Source of the DNA: Candidatus Omnitrophota bacterium
GTDB lineage: Bacteria; Omnitrophota; Omnitrophia; Omnitrophales; Aquincolibacteriaceae
Reading direction: 5' to 3'
Assembly (NCBI GenBank): GCA_903884815.1
Contig: CAISGE010000070.1
Location: 22,080-86,079, forward strand
DNA length: 64,000 nucleotides
This document shows, piece after piece, positions 19,393-28,274 of this stretch. Numbering within the stretch: position 1 is the first letter of the stretch; every line of letters starts with the position of its first letter. A program made the translations under genes and the position numbers. Below the pieces are notes generated by a model, which worked only from the letters and a program-made list of their open reading frames with translations, was not told where the DNA came from and did not search any database.

Positions 19393-19911
19393 TTAGGCTT
19401 TTCTTAAATTCCGCATTTCTTCACATTGCAGGACCTTTTCGAGGTCCAGATAGATCAAAATATCGTTGCCATGCGCCACTTGTCCTTTGGTGAAACCGGC
19501 AAGTTTTCCATGAAGGGTCGCGAGCGGTGCCTGGACCTCAGCTTCGTCGATCTCGAGGGTGTCTTGCACACGATCCACCCGGAGGCCAACCGCCTCGCCG
19601 CTCAGATCGGTCACTATGACACGGACTTCGTGGGACTTTCCCACAGGCTCCAGTCCGAAAAAATAATGCAGGTCGAGAATGCTGATGATCTCACCCCGGA
19701 GATTCGCGACGCCGATCACAAAAGAGGGGACATTCGGAACTCGGGTCGTCTCCGGCATTTTCATGACTTCCTTGGCCTGGCGGACATCGATGCAGTAATT
19801 CTCTTTACCGAGTGAAAAGACCAGCACCCGGTGAAACTTCTTATGGGTTACGTCCTCGTAAAGTGCATCCTCTTCGGGATCAATATAAATCTTGTCCTGA
19901 TCCCCGGTCAT
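19393..19911 (-). CDS. cheW: Chemotaxis coupling protein CheW
   Basis: CheW-like domain (FSLGKENYCIDVRQAKEVMKMPETTRVPNVPSFVIGVANLRGEIISILDL). Start trimmed to MTGDQDK (19911), overlapping the upstream cheW stop by 4 nt. Confidence 0.85.
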   Translation of the reverse strand: MTGDQDKIYIDPEEDALYEDVTHKKFHRVLVFSLGKENYCIDVRQAKEVMKMPETTRVPNVPSFVIGVANLRGEIISILDLHYFFGLEPVGKSHEVRVIVTDLSGEAVGLRVDRVQDTLEIDEAEVQAPLATLHGKLAGFTKGQVAHGNDILIYLDLEKVLQCEEMRNLRKA

Positions 19912-20375
19912 GGAGTGTCCTTTTTCTTGATCTCCACACGCTCGTGAACTTTTTGAAGCCCCTCGGACTCCTCGCCGCGCAAAAAGCCGGTGAGATCCAC
20001 CAGAAGCACGAGCTTTCCCTGCCACTTCGTCATCCCCATAAGATAGGCCGCGCTCTGGAGCAAGTCATCAGGTTTCGTGATGTCCTCTGGTTTGACCGTC
20101 ACCACGTCCCTCACCTGATCGACCAGGATGCCGGTCCAATGGTTCTGTATCGTGGTGACCACGATACGGTTCGAGGGAACTTCCTGGGATTTCATGCCAA
20201 GCTTTTTGCGGAGATTGATGAGGGGAATCACGCGGCCGCGAAGGCTGATCACGCCTTCGACAAAAGAGGCGGCCTCGGGCACAGGCGTCACTTTTCGTTT
20301 GCGGATGACTTCGCGGACCTGGGTAATATCCGCCCCGTAATCTTTTTCGCCGACCGAAAAAACGAGGATCTTCAT
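19908..20375 (-). CDS. cheW: Chemotaxis coupling protein CheW (second copy)
   Basis: MKILVFSVGEKDYGADITQVREVI...VISLRGRVIPLINL is a CheW domain. Confidence 0.85.
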   Translation of the reverse strand: MKILVFSVGEKDYGADITQVREVIRKRKVTPVPEAASFVEGVISLRGRVIPLINLRKKLGMKSQEVPSNRIVVTTIQNHWTGILVDQVRDVVTVKPEDITKPDDLLQSAAYLMGMTKWQGKLVLLVDLTGFLRGEESEGLQKVHERVEIKKKDTP

Positions 20376-21895
20376 CAGGACTCCAATTTCAAACGTTCCA
20401 GATTATCGCAGCAAACACTTTTTAGGGTGGCCAGGTTGAACCCGCTGCTTTGCAGGATCATCTGGCTTCTCGGACCGGGCGTTCCTTTGGCAAGCGCCGC
20501 CAGCGTGTTCCGGTACTCCCGGATAGCATCTCCCGTCCGTCCCTCGGTACGTAAGACCTGCGCCATATAAAAGCGGGCCATGACAAAATCCTTGTCGATA
20601 TAAAGCGCCCGGTTCAGATGCTCCTTGGACTCGGCGATCTTCCCCTCTTCAAGGTCCATGCAACCGAGAAGGTAATACGCCGGAGCAAAGAGCGAATCAA
20701 TCGCAAGGGCCTTCCTTAAACGGGCCTTCGCCTCTTCGTGGCGGTTCCGATTGGCACAAATATCCGCCGCCAGGTAGTGTATATCGGCCATCCGGGCCCC
20801 TTCTACAGAGACTTTTTCGATCAGGGCCAACGCCTTGCCATATTCCTTCAGATAGATGAAACGGAGGATCTGCTGACGCACCGACTCGAAATCTTCGGGC
20901 TTCAGCTCCACAGGGTCCTGCTGCTCAATGATAGACGTAAGAGCCGGAAGGGGTATCTCCTCTACGTATTCCTCGATCTCAGGCTCCGATTCCTTCGCCG
21001 TCCAGGACGGAAGGGACTTAGCTTCATCGGACTTACCGACGACTTTGCGGTAATAGATGCCGTCCTGCCAGCTGGCCATACGGAATTTATCTGTCAGGTA
21101 CTGCAGGCTCTCGGAATATCCGAGGAAAAGGTAGCCGGGATCGGTCATGGCCGCGGCGAAATCCTCCATAATCCTGATGGTCGTCTTTGTTTCAAAATAG
21201 ATCGTCACGTTGCGACAGAAGACGATATCTAAACAGGGAGGGTAAGGGTCCCCGACGAGATTCAGAAAACCAAAACGCACCATCCTCTTGATCTCTTCCG
21301 AGATCTTCCATTCTCCACTCTGTTTGGAACCGGCCACCTTTGTAAAATATTTACTGCGATACGGTTCTTCGACGAGGCGCATGGAGTTCTCGTTATAGAT
21401 GCCGCGTTTGGCCTTTTCCATGGCCTCGGAAGAAGCGTCCGTGGCAAGGATCTCAATATCCCAGTCCTCCGGATGAGGAATCGTTTTCATCAAGACCATC
21501 GCGATCGTGTAAGGTTCTTCCCCGGTAGAGCATCCCGCGCTCCAGATCCTGAGAAGCGGTTTTTTTCCATCCCGGCGTTCGAAAGTCTCGCCCATTTTCC
21601 GTTCGATCAGTTCCGGAAGCACTTTATCTTTGAGCGCCAGGAACTGCGGCTCATTACGGAAAAAATAGGTGTGATTGATGGTGAGAAGATTCAGGAGTTC
21701 GCGGAATTCACTTTCTTTCTCTTCGGAGGTCGTCAGATAAAGATAATAGGAGTGAACGGAATCAAAGCCCCGGGACATCATTCTCTGGCTCACTCCGGTC
21801 TCGAGATTGCGCAGGTCATGGTCCCGGAAGTAAAGACCGCAACGGTCGGCAATATGCGTCTTGATCTGATTGCGGAGGTCTTCCGGAAAGTTCAT
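20375..21895 (-). CDS. cheR: Chemotaxis protein methyltransferase CheR with C-terminal TPR repeats
   Basis: CheR N-terminal and SAM-binding domains (HTYFFRNEPQF...RIWSAGCSTGEEPYTIAMVL), followed by three or four TPR-like repeats (YLAADICANRNRHEEAKARLRKALAID...AYYLLGCMDLEEGK). Start set at MNFPEDLRNQ (21895), which avoids overlap with the upstream small gene. Confidence 0.85.
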   Translation of the reverse strand: MNFPEDLRNQIKTHIADRCGLYFRDHDLRNLETGVSQRMMSRGFDSVHSYYLYLTTSEEKESEFRELLNLLTINHTYFFRNEPQFLALKDKVLPELIERKMGETFERRDGKKPLLRIWSAGCSTGEEPYTIAMVLMKTIPHPEDWDIEILATDASSEAMEKAKRGIYNENSMRLVEEPYRSKYFTKVAGSKQSGEWKISEEIKRMVRFGFLNLVGDPYPPCLDIVFCRNVTIYFETKTTIRIMEDFAAAMTDPGYLFLGYSESLQYLTDKFRMASWQDGIYYRKVVGKSDEAKSLPSWTAKESEPEIEEYVEEIPLPALTSIIEQQDPVELKPEDFESVRQQILRFIYLKEYGKALALIEKVSVEGARMADIHYLAADICANRNRHEEAKARLRKALAIDSLFAPAYYLLGCMDLEEGKIAESKEHLNRALYIDKDFVMARFYMAQVLRTEGRTGDAIREYRNTLAALAKGTPGPRSQMILQSSGFNLATLKSVCCDNLERLKLES

Positions 21896-21927
21896 TCGGG
21901 GATGCGTTCTGTCTTGGTCATGAAAAT

Positions 21928-22257
21928 TCACTGCTTGGGGGCGTTGAAGGACTTGTTGAAATCTTGCAATTGTTGTTGAAACTGCTTCTGGATCTGCCGC
22001 GTCTTTTCCTGGAGCTGCCTGGCGAGCACATCCCATTGCTGCTGCAACGTCCTCAAAGTATCCTGGACTTCCGTTTCCACTTTCTTGGAGGTTTCGGTCA
22101 CCTTCATAGCTCCGGTCGAAAGGCTTTCGTCGGCCGTCCCCTTCAACTCCCGGGCGGCCTCACCCGCCTGAGAGCCCAGAGAACTCTGGTCATCGGCATA
22201 GAGTCCTCCTCCCAGGATTCCCATCGCAAGCATCAAGAGTGCCAGCATCCGCTTCAT
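21928..22257 (-). CDS. Small secreted coiled-coil protein (signal peptide plus Gln-rich helix), hypothetical. It is the first gene of the che operon
   Basis: MKRMLALLMLAMGILGGGLYA signal peptide followed by QQQWDVLARQLQEKTRQIQKQFQQQLQ. Its stop is 30 nt from the cheR start on the same strand. Confidence 0.5.
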   Translation of the reverse strand: MKRMLALLMLAMGILGGGLYADDQSSLGSQAGEAARELKGTADESLSTGAMKVTETSKKVETEVQDTLRTLQQQWDVLARQLQEKTRQIQKQFQQQLQDFNKSFNAPKQ

Positions 22258-22340
22258 ATTCGCCCCTCTGGTTATAACCGGGTACGTGTAGGGATCACAG
22301 CATCGATGTTTTCGAGCAACGCCTTACGCCTTGCGCCGTA

Positions 22341-23132
22341 CTAGCCTTTATAGTACCTTTCCGCCTCGGGGATCTCCTTTTGGATATCCGCTACCCGGCG
22401 CGAATCAGCGGGATGGGTCGAAAGAAGCTCCGGCGGTTTTGCCCCTCCCAAAGCGCTCATCCGCTCCCAAAAGGCAACGGCGGTCTTAGGATCGTAACCC
22501 GCCCGCGCCATCAGAATCAAACCAATATGATCCGCCTCGGACTCGTGGCTGCGGCTGTACGGTAAAAGGATGGCGTACTGGGTCCCGGTGCCATAGGCCT
22601 GCATCAGGATCTGCTGCGCAAGAGCCGGCTTCGATTTTGTGAGCTGCGCAAGTCCCATCCCACCCGCCTGAACCACGAGCTCCTGGCTCATGCGCTCGCC
22701 GCCGTGATTCGCAATCGCGTGCGCCACCTCATGGCTCATCACGGTCGCGAGCCCGTTCTCATCCTGGACGACCGGCAATATCCCGGTATAGACCACGATC
22801 TTCCCCCCGGGCATGCAAAAGGCGTTGACGGTCTTGGGATCCTCGATCAGGTTGAATTCCCACTTATAATTAGCCAGATCCTTTTCCATCCCATTCTCTT
22901 TCATGAAAGTCTCCGCCGAGGTCGCGATTTTCTGGCCCACGTCGGTAACCTTCTGCTTCGATGCTGCATCGGTCGAAAGGGTGGCCTTGCTCAAAACATC
23001 TTTGTACCCCTGATCGCTCAAGGTCATAAGTTCCCCTTGGGGGATAAAAGAAAGTTGCTTGCGTCCTGTGATGGGAACCGTGGAACAGCCGATGAGGAAT
23101 AAAAGTGCGGCAAGGCGGGCAATTTTTTTCAC
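22341..23132 (-). CDS. M48-family zinc metallopeptidase lipoprotein
   Basis: HEVAHAIANH (HExxH) plus a downstream E (ESEADHIG). GTG start with RBS GGAGA gives MKKIARLAALLFLIGCST, a lipoprotein signal with lipobox LIGC. Confidence 0.8.
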   Translation of the reverse strand: MKKIARLAALLFLIGCSTVPITGRKQLSFIPQGELMTLSDQGYKDVLSKATLSTDAASKQKVTDVGQKIATSAETFMKENGMEKDLANYKWEFNLIEDPKTVNAFCMPGGKIVVYTGILPVVQDENGLATVMSHEVAHAIANHGGERMSQELVVQAGGMGLAQLTKSKPALAQQILMQAYGTGTQYAILLPYSRSHESEADHIGLILMARAGYDPKTAVAFWERMSALGGAKPPELLSTHPADSRRVADIQKEIPEAERYYKG

Positions 23133-23233
23133 AGTGCATCTCCGTTCATGTGAAGAAGATACGATTTTGGACATTCTCTATTACGAGTGCATATTATACA
23201 ATACGCTTCATTCATCAGGAGAGCAAAATTCAT

Positions 23234-24580
23234 ATGAATTTCCAGCGAAGAGCCGATCGTTCCCTAAGCCTTTTCCTGGCTCTCACTCTTGTTTTTTCCG
23301 GCTGCGTCCACTACCACCCTCGAACCTCGGAGAGGGGGTCTTTTATGAAGCGAGCGCAGACCCAGACCCAGGATGGCGTAACGGTCACTTTGGCGGTCCT
23401 GAGCAATAAAGAAGCGAAAAAATTCTTCGGCACTTCCCTAGCCAAAAGAGAGATCCAACCGGTCTGGCTTGAGATCGACAACCGCAGCAAAATCCCTTAT
23501 TTCCTGATCCCGAGAAACATGGACCCCAACTATTACTCGGCCGAAGAAGCCACCTACCGGGCTCATTTCCGACAAACCCGTCAGTTCCTGGAGGCAGGTC
23601 TCATCGCGATCTTCTTTTTCCCGGCTCTCGCCATGATCCCTGTCAATTATTTCATGATACGCAGGGCCAATCATAAGATGGACAAGGTCTTTGAGGATGT
23701 CTCCATGCATCGCTTCGCGATCATGCCGGGAGAAACACATTCAGGATTCCTTTACACCTCTGTGGACCAGGGCACGAAGCACGTCAAGGTCGACCTGCTC
23801 GGGGAAGGAACACGCAAGATCTTTGATTTTGTCGTCCCGATCCCGGGGATCAAGCCCGATTACACCACCAAAGACCTCGCGGATCGCTATCCGGGTGTAA
23901 AGAACGTGGATTACCTCGAAAAAGAATTGCCCGAACAGCTCGCCAAGATTCCCAGCTGTACAACGGACAAAAAAGGAAAACACAACGGGGACCCGATCAA
24001 CTTGATCGTGATCGGAGAACTCGAGGACCTGGTCACCATCTTCACATCCGCCGGTTGGGATGAAACCTCTTCTCTGACGATGGGTTCAGGATTCGCGATG
24101 GCCAAGGCTTTTTTTACGGGAGATAACGACCGCTATTCTCCCATCAGTCCCCTTTACTATGAAGGGCACTCCCATGACATCGCCTTTCAAAAAAACCGCG
24201 GGAATATCAACCAACGGCTTCACTTCCGTCTCTGGTACACCCCCATGCGTTATGAGAAGAAACCGGTATGGGTGGGTGCCATCAGCCGGGATATCGGCGT
24301 AAAATTCACTCTCAAGACATGGTACATGACGACGCACAGGATCGATCAGAATGTGGATGACTCACGTGATTATCTCCTGGAGGATCTCATGGAGGCGCAA
24401 AAGGTCTCAAGATATGCATTCATCGAAAACAAGGCCCTTGGAGCGACCTCAAAACCGCGAAAAAACCTTACGAATGACCCTTACTTCACGGATGGCCGAC
24501 GACTCGTGATCGAGATCTCCACAGAGGTCAGCCAGCTCAAGTCTTTCGGGTGGGGTACAAAAGCGGAAGCTGTTCTTTAA
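23234..24580 (+). CDS. Lipoprotein of unknown function (about 448 aa; possibly an LssY-C-like domain)
   Basis: Start at MNFQRRADRSLSLFLALTLVFSGC (lipobox FSGC) with an upstream AGGAGA. No catalytic signature recognised. The longer ORF-track N-terminus (from 23105) overlaps the divergent M48 gene. Confidence 0.65.
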   Translation: MNFQRRADRSLSLFLALTLVFSGCVHYHPRTSERGSFMKRAQTQTQDGVTVTLAVLSNKEAKKFFGTSLAKREIQPVWLEIDNRSKIPYFLIPRNMDPNYYSAEEATYRAHFRQTRQFLEAGLIAIFFFPALAMIPVNYFMIRRANHKMDKVFEDVSMHRFAIMPGETHSGFLYTSVDQGTKHVKVDLLGEGTRKIFDFVVPIPGIKPDYTTKDLADRYPGVKNVDYLEKELPEQLAKIPSCTTDKKGKHNGDPINLIVIGELEDLVTIFTSAGWDETSSLTMGSGFAMAKAFFTGDNDRYSPISPLYYEGHSHDIAFQKNRGNINQRLHFRLWYTPMRYEKKPVWVGAISRDIGVKFTLKTWYMTTHRIDQNVDDSRDYLLEDLMEAQKVSRYAFIENKALGATSKPRKNLTNDPYFTDGRRLVIEISTEVSQLKSFGWGTKAEAVL

Positions 24581-24614
24581 GTCCATTTTCCCGATTCTAA
24601 TTCCCCCGGAAGAC

Positions 24615-24652
24615 AAAAAAAAGGCCCGGCAGCTTTCGCTACCGGGCCTTTT
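24615..24652. terminator. Bidirectional intrinsic terminator between the convergent lipoprotein gene and the csp gene
   Basis: A8 run, then GGCCCGG-cagctttcgcta-CCGGGCC hairpin, then TTTT. On the minus strand it reads hairpin + T8 immediately after the csp stop. Confidence 0.6.
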
Positions 24653-24667
24653 CACCTAAGTTGTGCC

Positions 24668-24868
24668 TTAGATCTTCACAACGTTGGAGGCTTGTTCGCC
24701 TTTGGGGCCCTGGGTCACATCGAACTCAACCGAAGCGCCTTCTTCCAAAGACTTGTATCCCTCGCCCTGAATCGCGGTGTGATGAACGAACACATCAGCA
24801 CCACCCTCGCGGGAGATGAATCCATAGCCCTTTGAATTGTTAAACCACTTCACTTTTCCTTGTACCAT
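24668..24868 (-). CDS. Cold-shock protein (CspA family, single cold-shock domain)
   Basis: [34 protein letters not shown] carries the RNP1/RNP2 motifs (KGYGFI, VFVHH). 66 aa. RBS AAGGAG upstream. Confidence 0.9.
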   Translation of the reverse strand: MVQGKVKWFNNSKGYGFISREGGADVFVHHTAIQGEGYKSLEEGASVEFDVTQGPKGEQASNVVKI

Positions 24869-24893
24869 GATTGATTTTGCTCCTTTCACTTGA

Positions 24894-24919
24894 ATTATAG
24901 TAACGCATGACAAGTTCAA
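24894..24919 (-). promoter_or_regulatory. Candidate sigma70 promoter for csp (TTGAAC, 14 nt spacer, TATAAT)
   Basis: A perfect -10 TATAAT (reverse-complement of 24894-24899) and a -35-like TTGAAC (reverse-complement of 24914-24919). The spacer is short, so confidence is low. Confidence 0.3.
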
Positions 24920-25008
24920 CCTTCACTACGGTGCAAAAATCAACCTGGTGCAGTTGGAACTAGCCCGCTTTGTTGTCCCCTTCCGGGGTTTGAAAACAGG
25001 GTAAAAAC

Positions 25009-25043
25009 AAAAAAAACCGCAAGGCAAACATTCGACCTTGCGG
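25009..25043 (-). terminator. Intrinsic terminator (minus strand) in the csp upstream region
   Basis: CCGCAAGG-caaacattcga-CCTTGCGG, a perfect 8-bp stem preceded on the plus strand by A8 (equivalent to T8 after the hairpin on the minus strand). Confidence 0.5.
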
Positions 25044-25143
25044 TACAAATCATGTTCTACCTCTTGCTTACTACACCAGGAATATGCATCATCCCGCTCT
25101 TTTTGTCAAATTTTATTTGAGAGTTTTAAGCCATTCGTATTAC

Positions 25144-25176
25144 AAAAAAAGAGGAGACGGCATAAGCCGTCCCCTC
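25144..25176 (-). terminator. Intrinsic terminator for the Ala/Val-rich lipoprotein gene
   Basis: GAGGAGACGGC-ataa-GCCGTCCCCTC, an 11-bp stem with one mismatch, preceded on the plus strand by A7 (T7 after the hairpin on the minus strand), 20 nt past the stop. Confidence 0.55.
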
Positions 25177-25198
25177 TTCTCACAATCCTTGAAAATTT

Positions 25199-25768
25199 CT
25201 ACTGCGCAGCCACAGCATTCACGGAATCTGCCGCCACCGGTTCCGTAACCGCCTCCGCGCCACCTTCCGCCATATCGGTCGCAACAGTTTTCACTTCATC
25301 AACATTACTGGCCACAGGCGCAGTCTCTGCCACAATGGGCTCAGAAACCACCGCTTGAGCCGCGCCGCCAACAACCTCAGTTCCCGCGACAGGTTCCGTC
25401 ACAACGGGTACGGCTTTGGTAACGACCCCCGCCTGCTCAGCGACGCTGGACTTCACATTATCAAGCACAGCACCGGCATCCGCCTTAACTCCTTCGGTCG
25501 CCACGGTCGTATCCGTCACCTGGTCCTGCGACGTTTTGACAGCCTGAGCCGCCTCATCCGCCGCGAGCTTTGCATTTACTTCAGCCTGGGCCCGGGCTTG
25601 GTCGGCGAGTTTCTGCGCATCATCCGTGACCTGCGCGATGTGATCCACCAGAGGCTGCTGCACAGCAACGCTTGCCTGCTCCTGGATAGGTTGTTCTGAT
25701 CTTGAACAGCCTGACAGAACTCCCATGGTCAACGCCAACACCATACAAACGATCAGCACCTTCTTCAT
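25199..25768 (-). CDS. Low-complexity Ala/Val/Gln-rich lipoprotein, hypothetical
   Basis: Start MKKVLIVCMVLALTMGVLSGCS (lipobox LSGC) with RBS AAGGAGA. The mature part is compositionally biased (AQAEVNAKLAADEAAQAV...), consistent with an extended periplasmic linker or tether protein. Confidence 0.6.
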   Translation of the reverse strand: MKKVLIVCMVLALTMGVLSGCSRSEQPIQEQASVAVQQPLVDHIAQVTDDAQKLADQARAQAEVNAKLAADEAAQAVKTSQDQVTDTTVATEGVKADAGAVLDNVKSSVAEQAGVVTKAVPVVTEPVAGTEVVGGAAQAVVSEPIVAETAPVASNVDEVKTVATDMAEGGAEAVTEPVAADSVNAVAAQ

Positions 25769-26042
25769 GGTCTTTCTCCTTTGTTTAATTACAAACCTAA
25801 GCGAGCGATTCTCCGGAACGAACAGCCTAAAAAGGCAGAGGCAAATCATCCAATGCTGTCATAGGCTAACCGATATTTTTTGATATTCAAAGACTTTTCC
25901 GGATTCTCCGGCGCGGGGAAAGCCCCCCTCGATCCATCACTCCAATCCGCTGAAAGAATTTAATCCCAGGCGAGATGAGACGGGTATATAATCCCCGTGT
26001 CCCCCTAGAAAACACTGAGAGCATCTTTAACATCGAAGGAAC

Positions 26043-27047
26043 ATGACCGTGACCACTCGCCGGGAGAAACTACGGAAGAGATTTGCCGCATTCCGTGCTA
26101 AATTCGCGGGCCATTTACTCAGAACTCACCCGCGGGTCATCTTGAAGATCCTTGCCGGCACCCTTCTCTTATTTCCCTGGCTTGTTGTCTCACTCCTCAT
26201 GAGTTTCTCCCGGGTCGCGCACTGGCGCAAGATCTCGGTCTGCAAGGATTTTCTCAAACGACACGCACTCGCTTTCGACGGCGTGGATCGTGAATCTCTA
26301 ACCGTTGAATCCGTCTCGGGCGGAGTCAGTAACTCCAATCAGATCTGGCACTGCCATAAATCCAATGGTGAAGAGATCCGTTTTTTCGTAAAGATCTTTC
26401 TCGCGGCCGGCAGCTTCTGGGCCAAACACCTCGCCTTTGTCAGCCCCTTCCCCGCCATTTACGGCGGAAAAACCCATGAGCGCTTCACGGTGGATATGGT
26501 CAGCCGCGTTCAACTCACCGAGCTTGGCGTCCCGGTCCCCCGCCTCATCGCCTACGACGCTGTCGAAAAAGTCATGGTCACGGAACATATCGTGGGCGAG
26601 ACCGTGGATTCGATCTTGGAGCGGATCGGCGTGCGCCAAACGCTTGGACCCGGTGATGAAGCTGTGATACGGCAGTCCGCGATCGGCCTGGCCAGGATCC
26701 ACCGGGCGGGCTATTCGCTTATCGACACGCAACCCGTCAACTGCATCTGGGTACCGGTAGAGCAGAAGGTCTATTTCACGGATCTGGAATTCTGCGGCCG
26801 CCAGGACAAACGCGTATGGGATATCGGATTCTTCCTGTGCTTTATCGCGGTCAGGCTCTCAGGAAGCGTGAGACAAGAAGTCCGCAGTCTCTTTCTCGAA
26901 AGCTACAAGAATGAACATAAGATCGACCTTGCCAGCGTCTCAGAAGCCGGCGCCCAATTGCAGGAATACATGCCTATTTTCCAGGCCATCCTCGACATCC
27001 GCAGCTTCACCCCGGAAGAACTTTTCGAAGGCCTTATCGCCCCCTGA
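26043..27047 (+). CDS. Membrane-anchored protein kinase-like fold protein (LPS-kinase/Kdo-kinase/RIO-like)
   Basis: N-terminal TM (ILAGTLLLFPWLVVSLLM), then a kinase-like catalytic loop IHRAGYSLIDTQPVN and a DLE(F) metal-binding motif. Assignment by motif only. Confidence 0.55.
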   Translation: MTVTTRREKLRKRFAAFRAKFAGHLLRTHPRVILKILAGTLLLFPWLVVSLLMSFSRVAHWRKISVCKDFLKRHALAFDGVDRESLTVESVSGGVSNSNQIWHCHKSNGEEIRFFVKIFLAAGSFWAKHLAFVSPFPAIYGGKTHERFTVDMVSRVQLTELGVPVPRLIAYDAVEKVMVTEHIVGETVDSILERIGVRQTLGPGDEAVIRQSAIGLARIHRAGYSLIDTQPVNCIWVPVEQKVYFTDLEFCGRQDKRVWDIGFFLCFIAVRLSGSVRQEVRSLFLESYKNEHKIDLASVSEAGAQLQEYMPIFQAILDIRSFTPEELFEGLIAP

Positions 27048-27154
27048 GTCTCCGCCTTAGGATAACGCTCCTGCCCGGGAGTCCCCGGCCCCGAAAATAG
27101 TCCCTTTACCTTTTCCATCCGTTCGAGGATGGACCGCAAAGACTGGAGAAGGGG

Positions 27155-28255
27155 CTACTGGATTACTGTCTTTTGAAGCTCAGGCGCTTCCAGAAGACTC
27201 CCGTAATGAAAAACAGCGCAGAGGCCCGCCCCGGACGCTTCACAAGACTGGAATTCTTTTTTAAAAATCCCGGGTAATTTCAGCAATTTGTAGGCCCCGA
27301 CCCCAAAGTACAATTTGTGAAGATCCGTGACTTTGCTTTGGGCGACCGCGTTCCACCGTCCATATTCCCCCGGGTCCGCGGAATAATTCATCACCGTCAC
27401 AAAATCCACAACTCCCGTGTTGATCCAGGAAGGCCAGTCCTGAAAAGCTTCATAAAGCGCGCGAGAATAGGACATACATCCGGTCGATGACACCTGGATC
27501 GTGGGGCGGATTTTATGCGCGGTCTTGACCAAAAGCTTTAGGAGTTCTGTTACCTGCGCGCGCTTCCAGTCTTTCCAGATCTTGCTTTCCTCTTCGATGG
27601 TCTGAAGCCCTGTCGCTTTCTTGAAGCGAGTTATGTTGATCTCCGTGTAGCCATACCGGGGATGGCTGTCCGGATAGCGGATATAATCAAACTGGATGCC
27701 ATCCAATCGCGGGTGGGCCCCAAGGATCTCCCCGACCATGGCGACAAGCTCCTTGCCTACCCGGGGGTCCCCGGGTTCCAAAAAATACTGATTGTCAATT
27801 TTGTAATCTGCGAGGGTCTTCTTGGTGTCAAGATTCCGGGTCAGAATACTGGGCCCGTATTTCTTGAGGAGTGGGGCATTCTCGTTCGTGCTCAGCGTCA
27901 GGACATTGAGCCAGGCATGCACCTCGATCCCCTCCCGGTGCGCCTCGCGAATGAGAAACTCCAGAGGATCCTCTCCCAAAGCCTTGACGGCCGCATCGTA
28001 GGCGACAACATCACCGATTTTGGAGGGGAACCAGGCCTGGTTGGCGCGATAAATCTGCACAAAAAGGATCCCCACTTGGGCCTTCTTTGCAAAAGCAACC
28101 AACGCCAGCATGTCTTGACGACTTGAAAGTGTCGGTGGACTCTGGATCAGAGAAACAAAAAGGCCGCGCCGCGGAACTTTCGTGCTCCATGCCGGGGACG
28201 TAAAAAGAAAAAGGCTCAGCGCGCATAGAAAGAGAACGAGTATATTTTTTTTCAT
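27155..28255 (-). CDS. Glycoside hydrolase-like family 10 (GHL10/DUF187, YngK-like) secreted protein
   Basis: Signal peptide MKKNILVLFLCALSLFLFTSPAWS. TIM-barrel motifs include HAWLNV and the GHL10-typical DGIQFDYIRYPD. Confidence 0.75.
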   Translation of the reverse strand: MKKNILVLFLCALSLFLFTSPAWSTKVPRRGLFVSLIQSPPTLSSRQDMLALVAFAKKAQVGILFVQIYRANQAWFPSKIGDVVAYDAAVKALGEDPLEFLIREAHREGIEVHAWLNVLTLSTNENAPLLKKYGPSILTRNLDTKKTLADYKIDNQYFLEPGDPRVGKELVAMVGEILGAHPRLDGIQFDYIRYPDSHPRYGYTEINITRFKKATGLQTIEEESKIWKDWKRAQVTELLKLLVKTAHKIRPTIQVSSTGCMSYSRALYEAFQDWPSWINTGVVDFVTVMNYSADPGEYGRWNAVAQSKVTDLHKLYFGVGAYKLLKLPGIFKKEFQSCEASGAGLCAVFHYGSLLEAPELQKTVIQ

Positions 28256-28274
28256 GGAATAGGGCGAGACCACT

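Noticed and set aside
23105-23233. N-terminal 43-aa extension of the lipoprotein ORF (start 23105)
   Set aside because: It overlaps the divergent M48 peptidase gene start region. The internal Met at 23234 gives a clean lipoprotein signal peptide with an RBS.
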